Positions 34,822-47,602 of a DNA stretch of 64,000 nucleotides are shown in pieces. Numbering within the stretch: position 1 is the first letter of the stretch; each line of letters begins with the position of its first letter. The stretch is taken from NCBI RefSeq assembly GCF_006345805.1, contig NC_043000.1, positions 3,162,001 to 3,226,000 of the forward strand. Direction: 5' to 3'. The DNA is from Octopus sinensis. Its lineage: Eukaryota. A model generated the notes under the pieces. The model worked only from the letters and a program-made list of their open reading frames with translations. It searched no databases and was not told the DNA's origin. The translations under genes and the position numbers were made by a program.

Positions 34822-36599
34822 CATTTGTAAATATGTAGTCTAGATGAATTGATGTTATGTGTACCGATATTTGTGACATTGAATGAGTCACCTTATATTC
34901 GCATGTATACACACACATGCACGCACACATACATATGCACATAGACACATAACACATAAAATCTCTGTTATAACTAGTCTTTGTAATAATTTTCTCTGGC
35001 AAGTGTTTATTCTCATCATGGTAAAATGTTCGCATATTTATCATAGCTCTTCCAACCAAATATTTCAGCAATTTTCCCATAGTTTGGCGCTGGTGATACA
35101 CATTTGGGCATTATGCTTAATCTTGTCTCCTGTAGCTTCTTAGTTCAAATCCCAAAGTGGATTAATTTAACTCTGCCCTGTATCTTGAAATGGCCAATAA
35201 AACAGGTATATTAGTAATGTAGTGGTATTCAGTAGAATCCTTCAGGCAGTCCACTGCTCTTTTTGACACTTTTCCTGCAACTCCAGAGTTGGTGGAGCTC
35301 TCTAGTGCTGTAAGGCATTTTGCCTAAGCGACAGCTACACCAATGTAAAATCTTCAATTTGCTGGTCACCACAGCTGTCTTAGTTTCCTAAGCCATTATG
35401 GCCAGTCCACCTCCAAGTCTAAGGAGTGAGATCAGATTGTTTGGACTAATTCTCACTTTAAAACTGCTAAGTGCAAGCGGGAAGAAAACCCCTACAGCAT
35501 GAAGGATCGGTTTAAATAACCACTTGAGAGCATGCCACTTTTTCTCCTGATCTTTGAACTTGAAGAAACTGCCATCACAAGGTATTACAGTTGTTGTCAA
35601 CACACATCATTCTGTTTTTTAATAAAGAGATAAGATGGAAAAGAAATCCAATGTTTAGTATTGATATAAGTCTACATACAGCATTGTGAAGGAAATCTTT
35701 TTCCATCAGCAGCATCAGAAATATTTTCATAACTTTCCTGACATCCTTTGTATTTGTTTCAAAATATTTGCCAACCAAAGTATCTTGGCATTAATTGCAA
35801 TATTTCCTCTTCTGTATTGTTTTGGCTATTGATGGTTAGGGCCTTTTATGATACATTGCTTCTTCTTCTATTGGTTAGAAATATTGGATCTAAGGTTATT
35901 TACAAGGGAATTTATATTGAGGTTGGCAGTGACCATTTATGTGTGGGAACCAAATAAATATACAGATTTGAAATGGTTATTTACATGTATTGGCCATAAA
36001 ATATAAAGGTAGATAATGACCATTTATACACAGACTTGATGTTATACTAATTAGTATTGGCTCTTTATAAGTAAGGAATATGGAATATACAGAATGTTAC
36101 TAATTTTTTAATATACGTGAGACAGGGTGTGTAAAAATTCACTTATCAGATTTTACAATTTTACGACTATATTATCGCAACATTTTTGAGTAATACCTCA
36201 CTTGAAAGCCCCCTATCAAAGTACTAAGGTTTTGGGCCAGACACTGACTTAGTGATTTACATGTCTGAAATCTGTAACAGTAAATACAATATTACTAACT
36301 AGTTACTTTACTAATAACCAAAATGACCAATCAGCAGTCAACCAGTTTTTCTCAACATACAATAAACAACAAAGTTGATGTGTCCAATAGGTGTATTTTT
36401 GGGGGTTTTTTTTAACATTTAAAAGGGTTTTTTTTTTTGAGAAATATATTACACAACAATGGAGAAGACCGAAGCCTTTGAGATGGGGAGCTTTCACAGA
36501 TTGGGTAGAATAAGCTGGAAAGACAGGTTAACAAATGTTGCAGTACAAGAAAAGCTGCAAGTCCAAATACACCCACTGTTGAGAATCAAGTTGACAAAG

Positions 36600-36830
36600 C
36601 TATAATATTTTAGATATATAATGTACCACAAGTCACTACCAAAAACCATCCTGACAGGCAGCATGGAGGGGAAGAGAGCAAGAGGCCATCAAAGATGTCT
36701 GTAGAGTGATGACATGAAAGAATGGACTGGAAACAAGAACCTGGCTTATTGTATACATGCTGCGTGACACAGAGGGAACTGGAGAGACTTAGCAAACTGA
36801 CCTTTGGGCACAGGATGAGGACATGGCTGA
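36600..36830 (+). mobile_element. Decayed RTE-type LINE 3' end
   Basis: Reads KTILTGSMEGKRARGHQRCL*SDDMKEWTG, matching the RTE C-terminal GxRxRGRxRxxWxDDIKEW motif. Confidence 0.55.
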
Positions 36831-39002
36831 TGATTACAGGAGAATCATAAATGTTTTGTAACTCCGGAAGGCAAAATGGCAAATCCATTACTCTGAAGAA
36901 TAATACAGAGGATGAGCTGAAGAGCCATCATACCTCACAGGCTCATTCATGTGATGGCAATCTCTGTCACGACCAAACTGAATTGGAGGAGGAAGTTGAA
37001 GGCACAGGTTTGGAAAGAAACCTACTGGTGATCAGGGGAACACTTCATCAACTGGTGTTCCCCTTCTTGTCAGGTTTCATATCAATTTCAACAGGTTGCT
37101 ATTGGAGAAAGTATCACTAAATTATTCCCCAGATAAACAATTTGCCAGCTTGGAACAAGAAGATTGCATCCTCTTGTTTTTTTTTTTTTTCTCGCTCTCT
37201 CTGCAATCAAATTCTATTGGCTTCAGCTACAACTGAAAGTCAGCTGCATCCAAACGAAATTTGATGTTACATTCAGATATTTCACTGAACACCATAGATT
37301 ATCTCAAAACAACTTCGATTTATTAAATTTTAAATGTCTGAGACGAGATGGTAATAAAATTACAATTTTACAGACATTTAACCTCATCTTTAAAGTGTAT
37401 TTTTATTATATTTACATCTATGCTATATTTTGATTGGTTTCTAAATATACGTTGTGTATATATTGAATGAGATGCCTGATCTGAGATCAGATATCAAATA
37501 AATAGAAACATTACACAAATATACCGTAAATATATACTCTAAGGATGAAGGTTAATTGTCAGGAAATTTACGATATCAATATCTTCAAATTTTTTCTCTT
37601 TAAATTACTTTTCCTGTAATTTTGAAATGTACCTTAGTAATTAAGCAAAAAATTTACATTTCATAATCTTTCTAGAAATAACTCTTCATCCAATCTCTTT
37701 TATCTATAACTTATGTACCATTAGACTTAAAATGTTTGACTCATTAATGTTCACATTATGCACAAGTCATAACTACATAACATATAAAGAACTGGAAATA
37801 GAGATAATCAAAATACGGGGATTGAGATCCTCTGTAATAATAGGTGCCTTGTGAATGATTGAAAAAAATGCAGACAATTACATAGCACAAACACAATCCA
37901 GGATTTATAAATGTATACACAACATGTAGTAAATAACCCTCCGAGGCCTTGCATGAATGTACAAAGCACAAATAAAACACTGCACATACCCAACGTACTT
38001 AGAACTAATAAAAATAAGATAACCGAAATAATAGCAATGATGGTAATAGTAATAATAAAGTATTTTAACACAAGGGCAATGGGTAAAGATTGATTACAAG
38101 ACAACTTACAAGACAGTTGGGGTTTTACCAAATTGAGTAGAAGAAAAATAGATCTGAAAAACCACTATATATAGACAAAAGAAGAAATGAAGAAAAATGT
38201 TCCCCTAGTAGAACAGCCATCTGGGAACCACTCAAAGAACTCTGCAGGTTTAGAATTACTCCCACTGCCTAAGGCAACTACTCACTCTTAATTGCATTCT
38301 CTGGCCCACAGAGGTATGCTGAGGGTAGGCCTAATCACTTGGATCACACTCATTCATCACTCCGACCAACTATACTGGAGGATGGAGCCTCCTCTGCAAC
38401 CTTCACATTTCTCTTCAAATGGCATTAGAGATAAGCAGAAGTGTTGGTCCTCATTCCTTTCAGTCACATCTGCTACTCTACCTGTTTTGCCTAGGCTACT
38501 ATACAGATGAAAACTGCCTGTCCTTCCCAGACATAGCAAAGTGGTAGTGCAATCTTCACTTGACTGATAGGCAGTTCTCTCCAACATGCAACAACATATT
38601 ATACAGAGTATTTTCAAAACATATGAAGCTACAAAAAACAAAATGCAATACATATCCAAGTCATTTAGAGCTGTGTTTGGTTGTACAGTGGAGGCATGCA
38701 TTAAAACCTGAGCAAATGTGTGCAAAATGGTTTTGTTGTTCTATATACATCTCAGATGGGTCTTTTGTGCTTATAAAATTTGTTTAAATCTAACTGTGTC
38801 CCCTGTAGTCCAGGACAAAAATGTCTGGAAGTTTTCAGTGTTCCAAGGCTGAAAATTCTTTCAAAGTGACACCTTAGAATCTCTCCAAGAATGAATTATT
38901 GTTGGTCATGCACAATTAAAATGCAAGGGTGGAAGACTGAACATTTGACATTTCAAATGTTAAATGCCCAAGCTTGGTCTTTGCTTCATAATAATAACAA
39001 TG

Positions 39003-39071
<69 letters not shown>

Positions 39072-40159
39072 GTTTCTGATTTTGGTACTAGGCCAGCAAT
39101 TTCAAGATGATGAGTTAGTTGATACTCTCAACCCCACTACTTGACTTGTACTTTGTTTTTATTGAACTCAAGGGGATGAAAGGCAAAGTTGAACTTAGAA
39201 TGCAAAAAAAAAAAAAACCCAGCTTTACCTCATAGCATTACGTCTAATGTGCTAGCAATTCAGTCAGTGAAACAAAGTGAAAGTAGATAACAAAGTGAAA
39301 GTAGAAAAAAACAATTCCGAATAAAGCAATAGATGACATATTCAATTTGTTAAAATGTTTCTGTTTCTGAGAGAAAATATCTGTCAGTAAACACCAAAAT
39401 TCTTACCATCTTTAGAATGCTACATTTGAGACGGAGTTATTCATAGATGCTAAGTTCTCATCTTAAATCCATTCTAAGACTATTTCTAGAAACAGTTGTC
39501 AATCTGTAGTTGTCTGGTATCTGTTATTAACAGAGTTGCAAATGATCCTGGCTGCTGCAGGAATGGTTCTTACGGATATTCTTACCTTTGTCATCAAGTT
39601 GGTACGCCATTACAGAGCCATTGTCACTGTCATAATTGCCTTCACTGTCATCACCACCACCATCATCATCATCATCATCATCATGATAACCATTATCACT
39701 AGCAGCAGCATCAGCAGCATATTTAGCATTACCATGGCAATATGCATAAACTGAGAATCTTTGTTGACAAACAACAATAGCCACAGTATCACCCACATAC
39801 ACATGCATTCACAAACATACATACACACATGCATATATTATAAATATATATGTGCTTATATATATATATATATATATATACAAGCTTTTATATATATATA
39901 TATATACGTATGTGTATATACATATGTATATGCTAGCATAGTCATCCCATTAAAAAAAATGACAGAATTTATTTTTCTTTTCTTTCAATAAACGGTGATC
40001 TTTCTGCATCCAGCTTTGCTCCATTTTTCTTCTTTTGTCCATTAGCTCATCTTCTTTTAGTTAATCTTATTCATTTATCAGTGAGCCTTAGCTCTGTTTT
40101 CTTATTGTGTTTCTTGGTGTTTTGCAGTGCTTCTTCCTTGCAATTACATATATATATAC

Positions 40160-40203
<44 letters not shown>

Positions 40204-40283
40204 ACATCAGGTGGTGCTATTAAGTTAGACATGGCCTGGACCAATCTTTGGTCGAAACATATCTAAGTTTATCTAAGTTTATC

Positions 40284-40316
<33 letters not shown>

Positions 40317-40689
40317 ATACTTTGTCTACAGCTTTATGTGACACTCTGTAATGTTCCTGTGCCTGTTTCTATTTGTGGCACTCTGTACTGTGCACATATC
40401 CCTATGTAACATACTGTACCTTATCTACAGTTATATGTGGCACACTGTACTGAACCTACCTGTATATGTGACACACTATGGTATGACAACATATGTGTAT
40501 TTCACTTTTCTACTGTGCTGGAGTAATCACCAACTCACAATCTGTTCAATTTAATTTCATGCAGTTGCTGCATGCAAGGCTTCCACTCCCATGTGGGCCT
40601 TTACAGGCATAGTAGATGCTGCACTGCCATCAGCAACTGACATAGAATTCTCCAGGTGCAGATTCATGACCTTTTGAGACCGACAGATG

Positions 40690-41131
40690 CTGCAGTGGAT
40701 TGGCAGAATCTGTAGGACGTCAGACAAAATGCTTAGAAGTTTTCTTCTGGTTCTTTATGTTCTGAGTTCGATCCTGCCAAGATCAAATTTGCATCTTTTG
40801 AGGCTGATAAAATAAAGTACTTGTTGAGTATGGGACCAATGCTATCGACTAAACCCCATTCTTGCTAAAATTACTGGTCTTGTGCAAACTTTGTAACAAA
40901 AAACAACTATTGCTGTTATTATAATTCAAGGCAGCATGCTGGCGGAATCATTAGCTAAGTTGTATTTCATCCATTTTCAGGTTCTAAGTTCAAATTCTGC
41001 CGAGATCATCTGTGTCATCCTTTCAGAGCCAATAAAATAAGTACCAGTTGAGCTTTGGGGTTGATGTAATTGACTTACCTGCTCCCTTGGAATTACTGGC
41101 CTATTGCCAAAATTTGAAATCATTATTATTA

Positions 41132-41168
<37 letters not shown>

Positions 41169-41390
41169 ACTAATTAGCATCATTAAGGTGACAAGTCTGC
41201 TGAATCATTAGCACACCAGACAAAATGCTTGGCAGCATTTCATCCGTCTTTATGTTCTGAGTTCAAATTCTGCTGAGGTTGACATTGTCTTTCATCCTTT
41301 TGGGGTCAATAAAACAAGTACCAGTTATCAATTTTCCCAACCCTCAAAATTGATGGTCTTGTGCCAGAACAAGAAAGAATTATTATCATT
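40690..41390 (+). mobile_element. Cluster of three diverged family-D SINEs
   Basis: Three gttct(g/a)agttc(g/a)a..ctgcc...ataaaataagtac blocks at about 40690-40900, 40935-41120 and 41185-41380. Another copy lies on the minus strand at about 39070-39260. Confidence 0.65.
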
Positions 41391-41533
41391 ATATGCCTCT
41401 GTGTGTGTGTATGTGTATTTGTATATGTTTATGTATATATATATATATATCTTTATATCTATCGATATATATATATATATATATATACATAATATATATA
41501 TTTAAATATATGTATATATATGTGTGTGTGTAT

Positions 41534-41578
<45 letters not shown>

Positions 41579-42905
41579 GTTTGTGTGTGTATATATAATT
41601 ATATATATATATACACCTGTATTTGTATTTATTTACATACATATATACATAAGTAATGGTAGACCCAACTTTAAGATATTACAGAGGTTGATGATATCCA
41701 TAATAAATTGGCTGATAAAAAAATCAGGTCGAAAATATTACTTGAAACAACTAGCACTGCTTAATTTCTTAACTGTTGTGTAAGAACTGCTCCATTTCTT
41801 CTAGATTTTGATGTTCACTTTGCTTCTGTCATATAAAATAAAATATTAACAAATATACAATAACAGTAGTAAATAGCAGTTTAACTTTTGAATATTCACT
41901 GAATTAACTTTATGGGTGATCAATGCATTTCCTTCTAGGAGGCAAACCAGTTATTGTGTGGGTATTTATATTAACACACCCAAAGGGTTTAATAAGACAA
42001 CTGCATAAATGTGGATGGAGAAGAGCTTTTTTCGTTTTTTTAAGTCACTCTATACATTTGTCTACCACTTATGCTTATGCACTGATGTTCTATGTGTGGG
42101 TATGTATGTGTGTGAATGTGCTTTTGTGTGTATGTGTATGCATGAATAGATTATAATTTTGTGTGTGATGTAACTTTGAATTGGTGGACAAAATTTTCTC
42201 ATATCTACAAGTTGGTTAAATTGTCTTCATTAATAATTATAATAAAACTGTAAAATTAGTTAATATTCATTTCTTTTTAAAAAAACAAAACAAAACATTA
42301 TCGATCTTAGTTTGAATCGATGAAATGAAGTTTCTTGATATTGTATTAATCCATAATAGAATATTCCAGAAGCTATACTGGACAATGTGTGCAAATTCCC
42401 CAAATTCACATATCCTTGAAATAAATACGACTTCAAAACAGCAAAAACATTGAAAATGTGATATCTGCAAGAAGAATTACTTGTGGTCATTAGAATTATT
42501 TTTCAAAAACAAGAACAATGCAAAAAAAAATAAATAAATAAATAAATAAAAATATAAATAACAAAAATAAAAAGACAAAGAAAAAAGGCAAAAAAATAAA
42601 TAAATAAACAAGCAATGCAAATTTCGTATTCTGTGAAACCTGATACAACATTGTGGTTGCTGTTGTTGCTGTCATTGTTAATGTTGTTGCTGTTGTTGTT
42701 GTTGTGATGGAGTAAGATATTTTTCTTTGAAACTGAATTCCTATAGCAATATCTCTCATCAACCCGATGATGCTAAATGTTCCAAGAAGAACAACACCAA
42801 AATCGATTCCATAATACTGAATATAATCATACAGACAGACCACACTCACACACGCACACAACACACATGCATGGACTACACACACACACACACACACACA
42901 CCACA

Positions 42906-42941
<36 letters not shown>

Positions 42942-43084
42942 CCCTCTCTATAGCACGTAATAATCTTGGCCTCATTTTTCATGACAAAAATGACAGTAAT
43001 ATATTTAATAATTAAAACAGCAGAACTAAATGATTATAATGCTGTGAACAATTAAGTGGAAATGTAAGAAATTATACTGACTTC

Positions 43085-43465
43085 ACTATTGAATTAAAGA
43101 GACTGTATGGTAAGATGTTTGTTTCCCAACCACATCATTCTGGGTTCAGTCTCACTGTGTGGTACCTTGGGTAAGTGTCTTCTACTATAACCTCGGGCCA
43201 GCCAAAGCCTTGTGAGTGAATTTAGCAGAAGGAAACTGAAAGAAGCCTTTCTTATGTGTGTATGTCTTTGTGTCTGCATTTGTCCACCACCACTTGAAAA
43301 CTGATATTGGTATGTTTACGTCCCTGTAATTTAGCAGTACAGCAAAAGAGACTGATAAAATAAGTTCCAAGCTTTAAAAAATATATACTGGAGTCAATTC
43401 ATTTGACTAAAATTCTTTCCCAGCTTGGCCGCCATCCAATGACTGAAACAAGTCCAAGATAAAAG
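43085..43465 (+). mobile_element. Diverged family-A SINE
   Basis: gactgtatggtaagatg ... ccttgggtaagtgtcttctac ... ggaaactgaaagaagcc ... ccaatgactgaaacaagt. Confidence 0.7.
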
Positions 43466-43479
43466 ACATATATGTATAT

Positions 43480-44065
43480 ATAGCACCATTCGAGTGTGGC
43501 TGATGCCAGTGCCACTTGACTGGCACCCATGTTGGTGACGCATAAAGAGCACCATTCGAGTGTGGCTGATGCCAGTGCCACCTGACTGGCACCCATGTCA
43601 GTGACACATAAAGAGCACCATTCAAGTGTGGCTGATGCCTGTGCCACCTGACTGGCACCCATGTCGGTGACGCATAAAGAGCACCATTCGAATGTGGCTG
43701 ATGCCAGTGCCACTTGACTGGCACCCATGTCAGTGACGCATAAAGAGCACCATTCGAGTGTGGCTGATGCCAGTGCCGCTTGACTGGCACCCATGTCAGT
43801 TGCACATAAAAAGTACCATTCGAGTGTGGCTGATGTCAGTTCCGCTTGACTGGCTCCCATGCTGGTGGCACATAAAAACCACCCACTACACTCTCGGAGT
43901 GGTTGGCATTAGGAAGGGCATCTAGCTGTAGAAACCTTGCCAAATCAGATTGGAGCCTGGTGCAGCCTCCCAGCTTGCCAGTTCTCAGTCAAACCGTCCA
44001 ACCCATGGCAGCATGAAAAGTGGACGTTAAACGGTGATGATGATGATGATGATGATGATGGTGAT
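43480..44065 (+). mobile_element. Family-B element with a six-unit 63-bp tandem array
   Basis: gcaccattcgagtgtggctgatgccagtgccacttgactggcacccatgtcagtgacgcataaaga repeated six times (about 43483-43870), then the family-B core and (GAT)n. Confidence 0.85.
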
Positions 44066-44690
44066 AATGATGATGATATATATACATATCACTAGTAAAG
44101 GTAAAATGGTCAGGTAGACAAAGATATTGCATTATCAGCTCATAGATAATGAATTCAAATCCATAATATGTAGTCATTGTTAGGAATGGGTACCTGATCA
44201 TCTAGAAATGTTACCTGTGTTAGGTAGGTGCCTACCTAACCACTCAGTTCATATTATGATACCTTAACAAATACATAATCATAAAAAGGGATATTTAAGT
44301 TGTAAGGAAACTTTTTTGAAATATAGATATTAGCATATCCTGTTTATACATGTATAGATACATGAAATATATACTTGAGTATATATGCTGTGTATATGAA
44401 TGCTAACCTGTATTCTGCATGTGCAGGAATAATTGCATTTATATGAGTTTATACATATACAAAGGCACACATATATATTTATTTACTGTGTACCAGAACA
44501 TAATACACATGTATGAATATGTGTATATATATTATGTAGTTGGTTAAGACTTGTTAGAAAGTGACTTGGTTTCACATCTATTATTGCCCTGATATATACA
44601 GATTGCAGCAGAAAGATTACCTCGATTTCAAATTATTAATCTTTGAAATTGGGGCAACCTTTCTGCCACATCCTGTATATATATATATAT

Positions 44691-44966
44691 AAAAAGAAAT
44701 GAAGAAAATGCTGACAAAATAATTTAAGTAAGGGAGAGTGTATTTAATTAGGTGAAAGTTCTTTTTAACCGGTTGCGCATTTGTTATGCTTATCAAAAGA
44801 TATTTTTTTAAGAGAGATAGAGTTCCTTTCTGATAGATTTTTTTCTCTTAAAAAAATATCTTTTGATAAGCATAACAAATGCGCAACCGGTAAAAAGAAC
44901 TTTCACCTAATTAAATACACTCTCCCTTACTTAAATTATTTTGTCAGCATTTTCTTCATTTCTTTT
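44691..44966. repeat. Long palindrome or MITE (~125-bp near-perfect arms) in (TA)n
   Basis: 44691-44815 is the reverse complement of 44844-44966. Confidence 0.9.
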
Positions 44967-45189
44967 TTTTATAATATCACAACTCGTGTTCCACATCCCT
45001 TTTTCAATATATATATATAATATATATATATATATATTATATATATATATATTATATGTATATAATATATATATATGCATATTGTCTGATGTCATAAGAA
45101 TTTATAAAATTTCAAGAGATTGTGAAATAGTCTTTTATTGGAACCAGATCTCAAAGTACATATTAAGCTATAAATAATAGCCTGTGGTG

Positions 45190-45458
45190 TGGAGGCACAT
45201 GGCTTAGTGGTTAGGGTGTTGAATTCACAATCATAAGATTGTGGTTTCGATTCCTGGACATGTCGATGCATTGTGATCTCAACCAAAACACTTCATTTCA
45301 TATTGTTCCAGTCCACTCAGCTGTAGAAATGAGTACCACTGTGTTGCTTAGTGGTCAGGATTCACGATTGTAAGGTTGTAGTTTCGATCCCTAGACCAGG
45401 TGATCTGTTGTGTTCTTAAGTAAAACACTTCATTTCACATTGCTCTAGTCCACTCAGT
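45190..45458 (+). mobile_element. Two tandem family-C (body II) SINE heads
   Basis: gcttagtggt ... gtttcgat(t/c)cc ... aaaacacttcatttcac ... agtccactcag occurs twice. Confidence 0.65.
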
Positions 45459-45669
45459 TTATCCTGGAGAATAATGGGCTCCACTAGGCTTTTTCACCTA
45501 CATATGCTACATGGCTGCAGAACTCCAGTGGGCCACAAGGGGTTAAGTGACTTGTCAAAGTATTAGGTTGAAAAACACTTTGAGATAGAAAAATATATAC
45601 ATATTATTTGTAGGTTTATATGTGCTTCAAAATCTAGTTCCACAAAAGAAAACTATATACATACATATG

Positions 45670-45716
<47 letters not shown>

Positions 45717-46182
45717 GAGTATATTTGTGTTGTGGATATGTGTATAAGAAATCTGATGATATATAAATTGTGCACATGTGATATATATGCACGTGTGTGT
45801 GTATGTGCTAAAACACAAATGTATGTAGACATAAACATATACAGTTCCTTGGGTGAATACATGTGTGACTATATACACAGCTGTACATGCACGTATCTAT
45901 GAATATAGTTTGACACTTGCATTGTTATTATAGACATTATTATCAGCATCATTATCATCACTGACATTATCATCATCGTCATCATCATTATTATTAACAA
46001 CATCATCCCTGTAACATCACTAAAGACTGAGATTTTAGATCCACTTGTGCCACAATCTTGACAATAACATTTTCTGTCGGAATATGAAGAAGACATCAAT
46101 GAATGTGAGATGTCAGATAACTAATCAATATACATACATACATACATACATATACATACATACATACATATATGCATACACG

Positions 46183-46217
<35 letters not shown>

Positions 46218-46224
46218 TATACAC

Positions 46225-46257
<33 letters not shown>

Positions 46258-46611
46258 CATATATACACAATCAATGCATATATGTAAGTGTAAATGTATG
46301 CATCTGTATGTGTGTATGATATATATTATATATATATATATATATATATGTATTTATATATGTATGTATATTAGATATTTAATGTCATCATCTAACATTT
46401 CATTTAATTGCTGTAGATGAATATACGCACCTACACACATGCATATATATTTATATGTGTGTGTATGTATACATATATATACGTAGTAAAAATTTAATTA
46501 CATCATCTAACATTTCATTTATTTGCCCTAGAGCTGTGTGTGTAAGTATGTATGTATGTATGTATATATATAGACATACATGCATACATATATATATATA
46601 TATATATATAT

Positions 46612-47602
46612 CAGGGAGAGAACTAAATAGTTGATAGTTTCCGCTACCTGGGAGACCAAGTTAGTAGCGGAGGTGGGTGCACAGAGAGTATCACTAGAAT
46701 ACGAATAGCCTGGGCAAAGTTCAGAAAGCTCCTACCCCTACTGGCAACACAAAGGCCTCTCCCTCAGAGCAAAGGGTAGATTATATGATGCATGTGTGCG
46801 AACTGCCATGCTTCACGGTAATGAAACATGGGCTGTGACTGCAGAAGACATGCGTGACTTGAAAGAAATGAAGCTAGCATGATCCGCTGGATGTGTATTG
46901 TCAGTGTGCACGCAAACAGAGTTTAAGTATCCTGAGAGAAATGCTGGATATAAGAAGCATCAGATTGTGTGGGCAAGAGCGTCGCTTGCGATGGTATGTC
47001 ATGTGCTGGCGGATGGATAAGAGAGAGTGTGAGAAAGTGCCACTCCAAACAGTTGAGGTACAGGGGGAGATAGAACCCAGGAGACAATGGGATGAGGTGG
47101 TCAAGCATGACCTCAAGCATTGGGCCTCACTGAGGCAATGGCGAAGGACCGAGATCTCTGGAATATGCTGTGACTACAAAGACCCGGGCTGCTTTCTGCA
47201 GCAATTCCACATACCCCCTACCCATTCTAAGTACCCCCCTACCCATTCTAAGTACCCCCTACCATTCTAAGTACCCCTGATCCCCAAAGTCCCCGATCCC
47301 AAAGTACCCGGATCCCCAAAATACCCAATCCCCAAGTACCCGGACCTCGTGCCCCTGCCGCTGACATTTAAAAGCTCGAATCCGATCGTGACGATGCCGG
47401 ACCCTCCGGCCCGTGCAGGTGGCACGTAAAAAGCACCCAATCCACTCACGAGTGGTTGGCGTTAGGAAGGGCATCCCGCCGTAGAACTCTGCCAGATTCA
47501 GACTGTAGCCTGGAGCGGCCCTGGCTTCCCAGACCCGTCAAACGTCCAACCCGTGCTGCGCGGAAAGCGGACGTTAAACGATGATGATGTTGATGATGAT
47601 GA
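46612..47602 (+). mobile_element. 5'-truncated RTE LINE: ORF C-terminus plus 3'UTR ending in the family-B core and (GAT)n
   Basis: Frameshifted FRYLGDQVSSGGGC..RIAWAKFRKLLPLL..RLYDACVRTAMLHGNETWAVTAEDM..QERRLRWY.. (46615-47190), short tandem repeats, then gtggttggcgttaggaaggg...ggacgttaaacgatgatgat. Confidence 0.8.

Noticed and set aside
35388-35957. Non-repetitive, coding-looking stretch with short ORFs
   Set aside because: No recognisable domain in any frame and multiple stops. It is possibly a very old TE.
38290-38760. Possible decayed LINE RT on the minus strand (NTALNDLDMYC)
   Set aside because: A single weak motif with no YADD or other RT blocks recognisable.
43483-43870. CRISPR-like regularly spaced palindromic repeats (also at 7.3, 21.3 and 62.2 kb)
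   Set aside because: The 'spacers' are homologous to each other, there are no cas genes, the context is eukaryotic, and the arrays are attached to a retroelement 3' end. The units also lack CTGANGA+GAAA, so they are not hammerheads.
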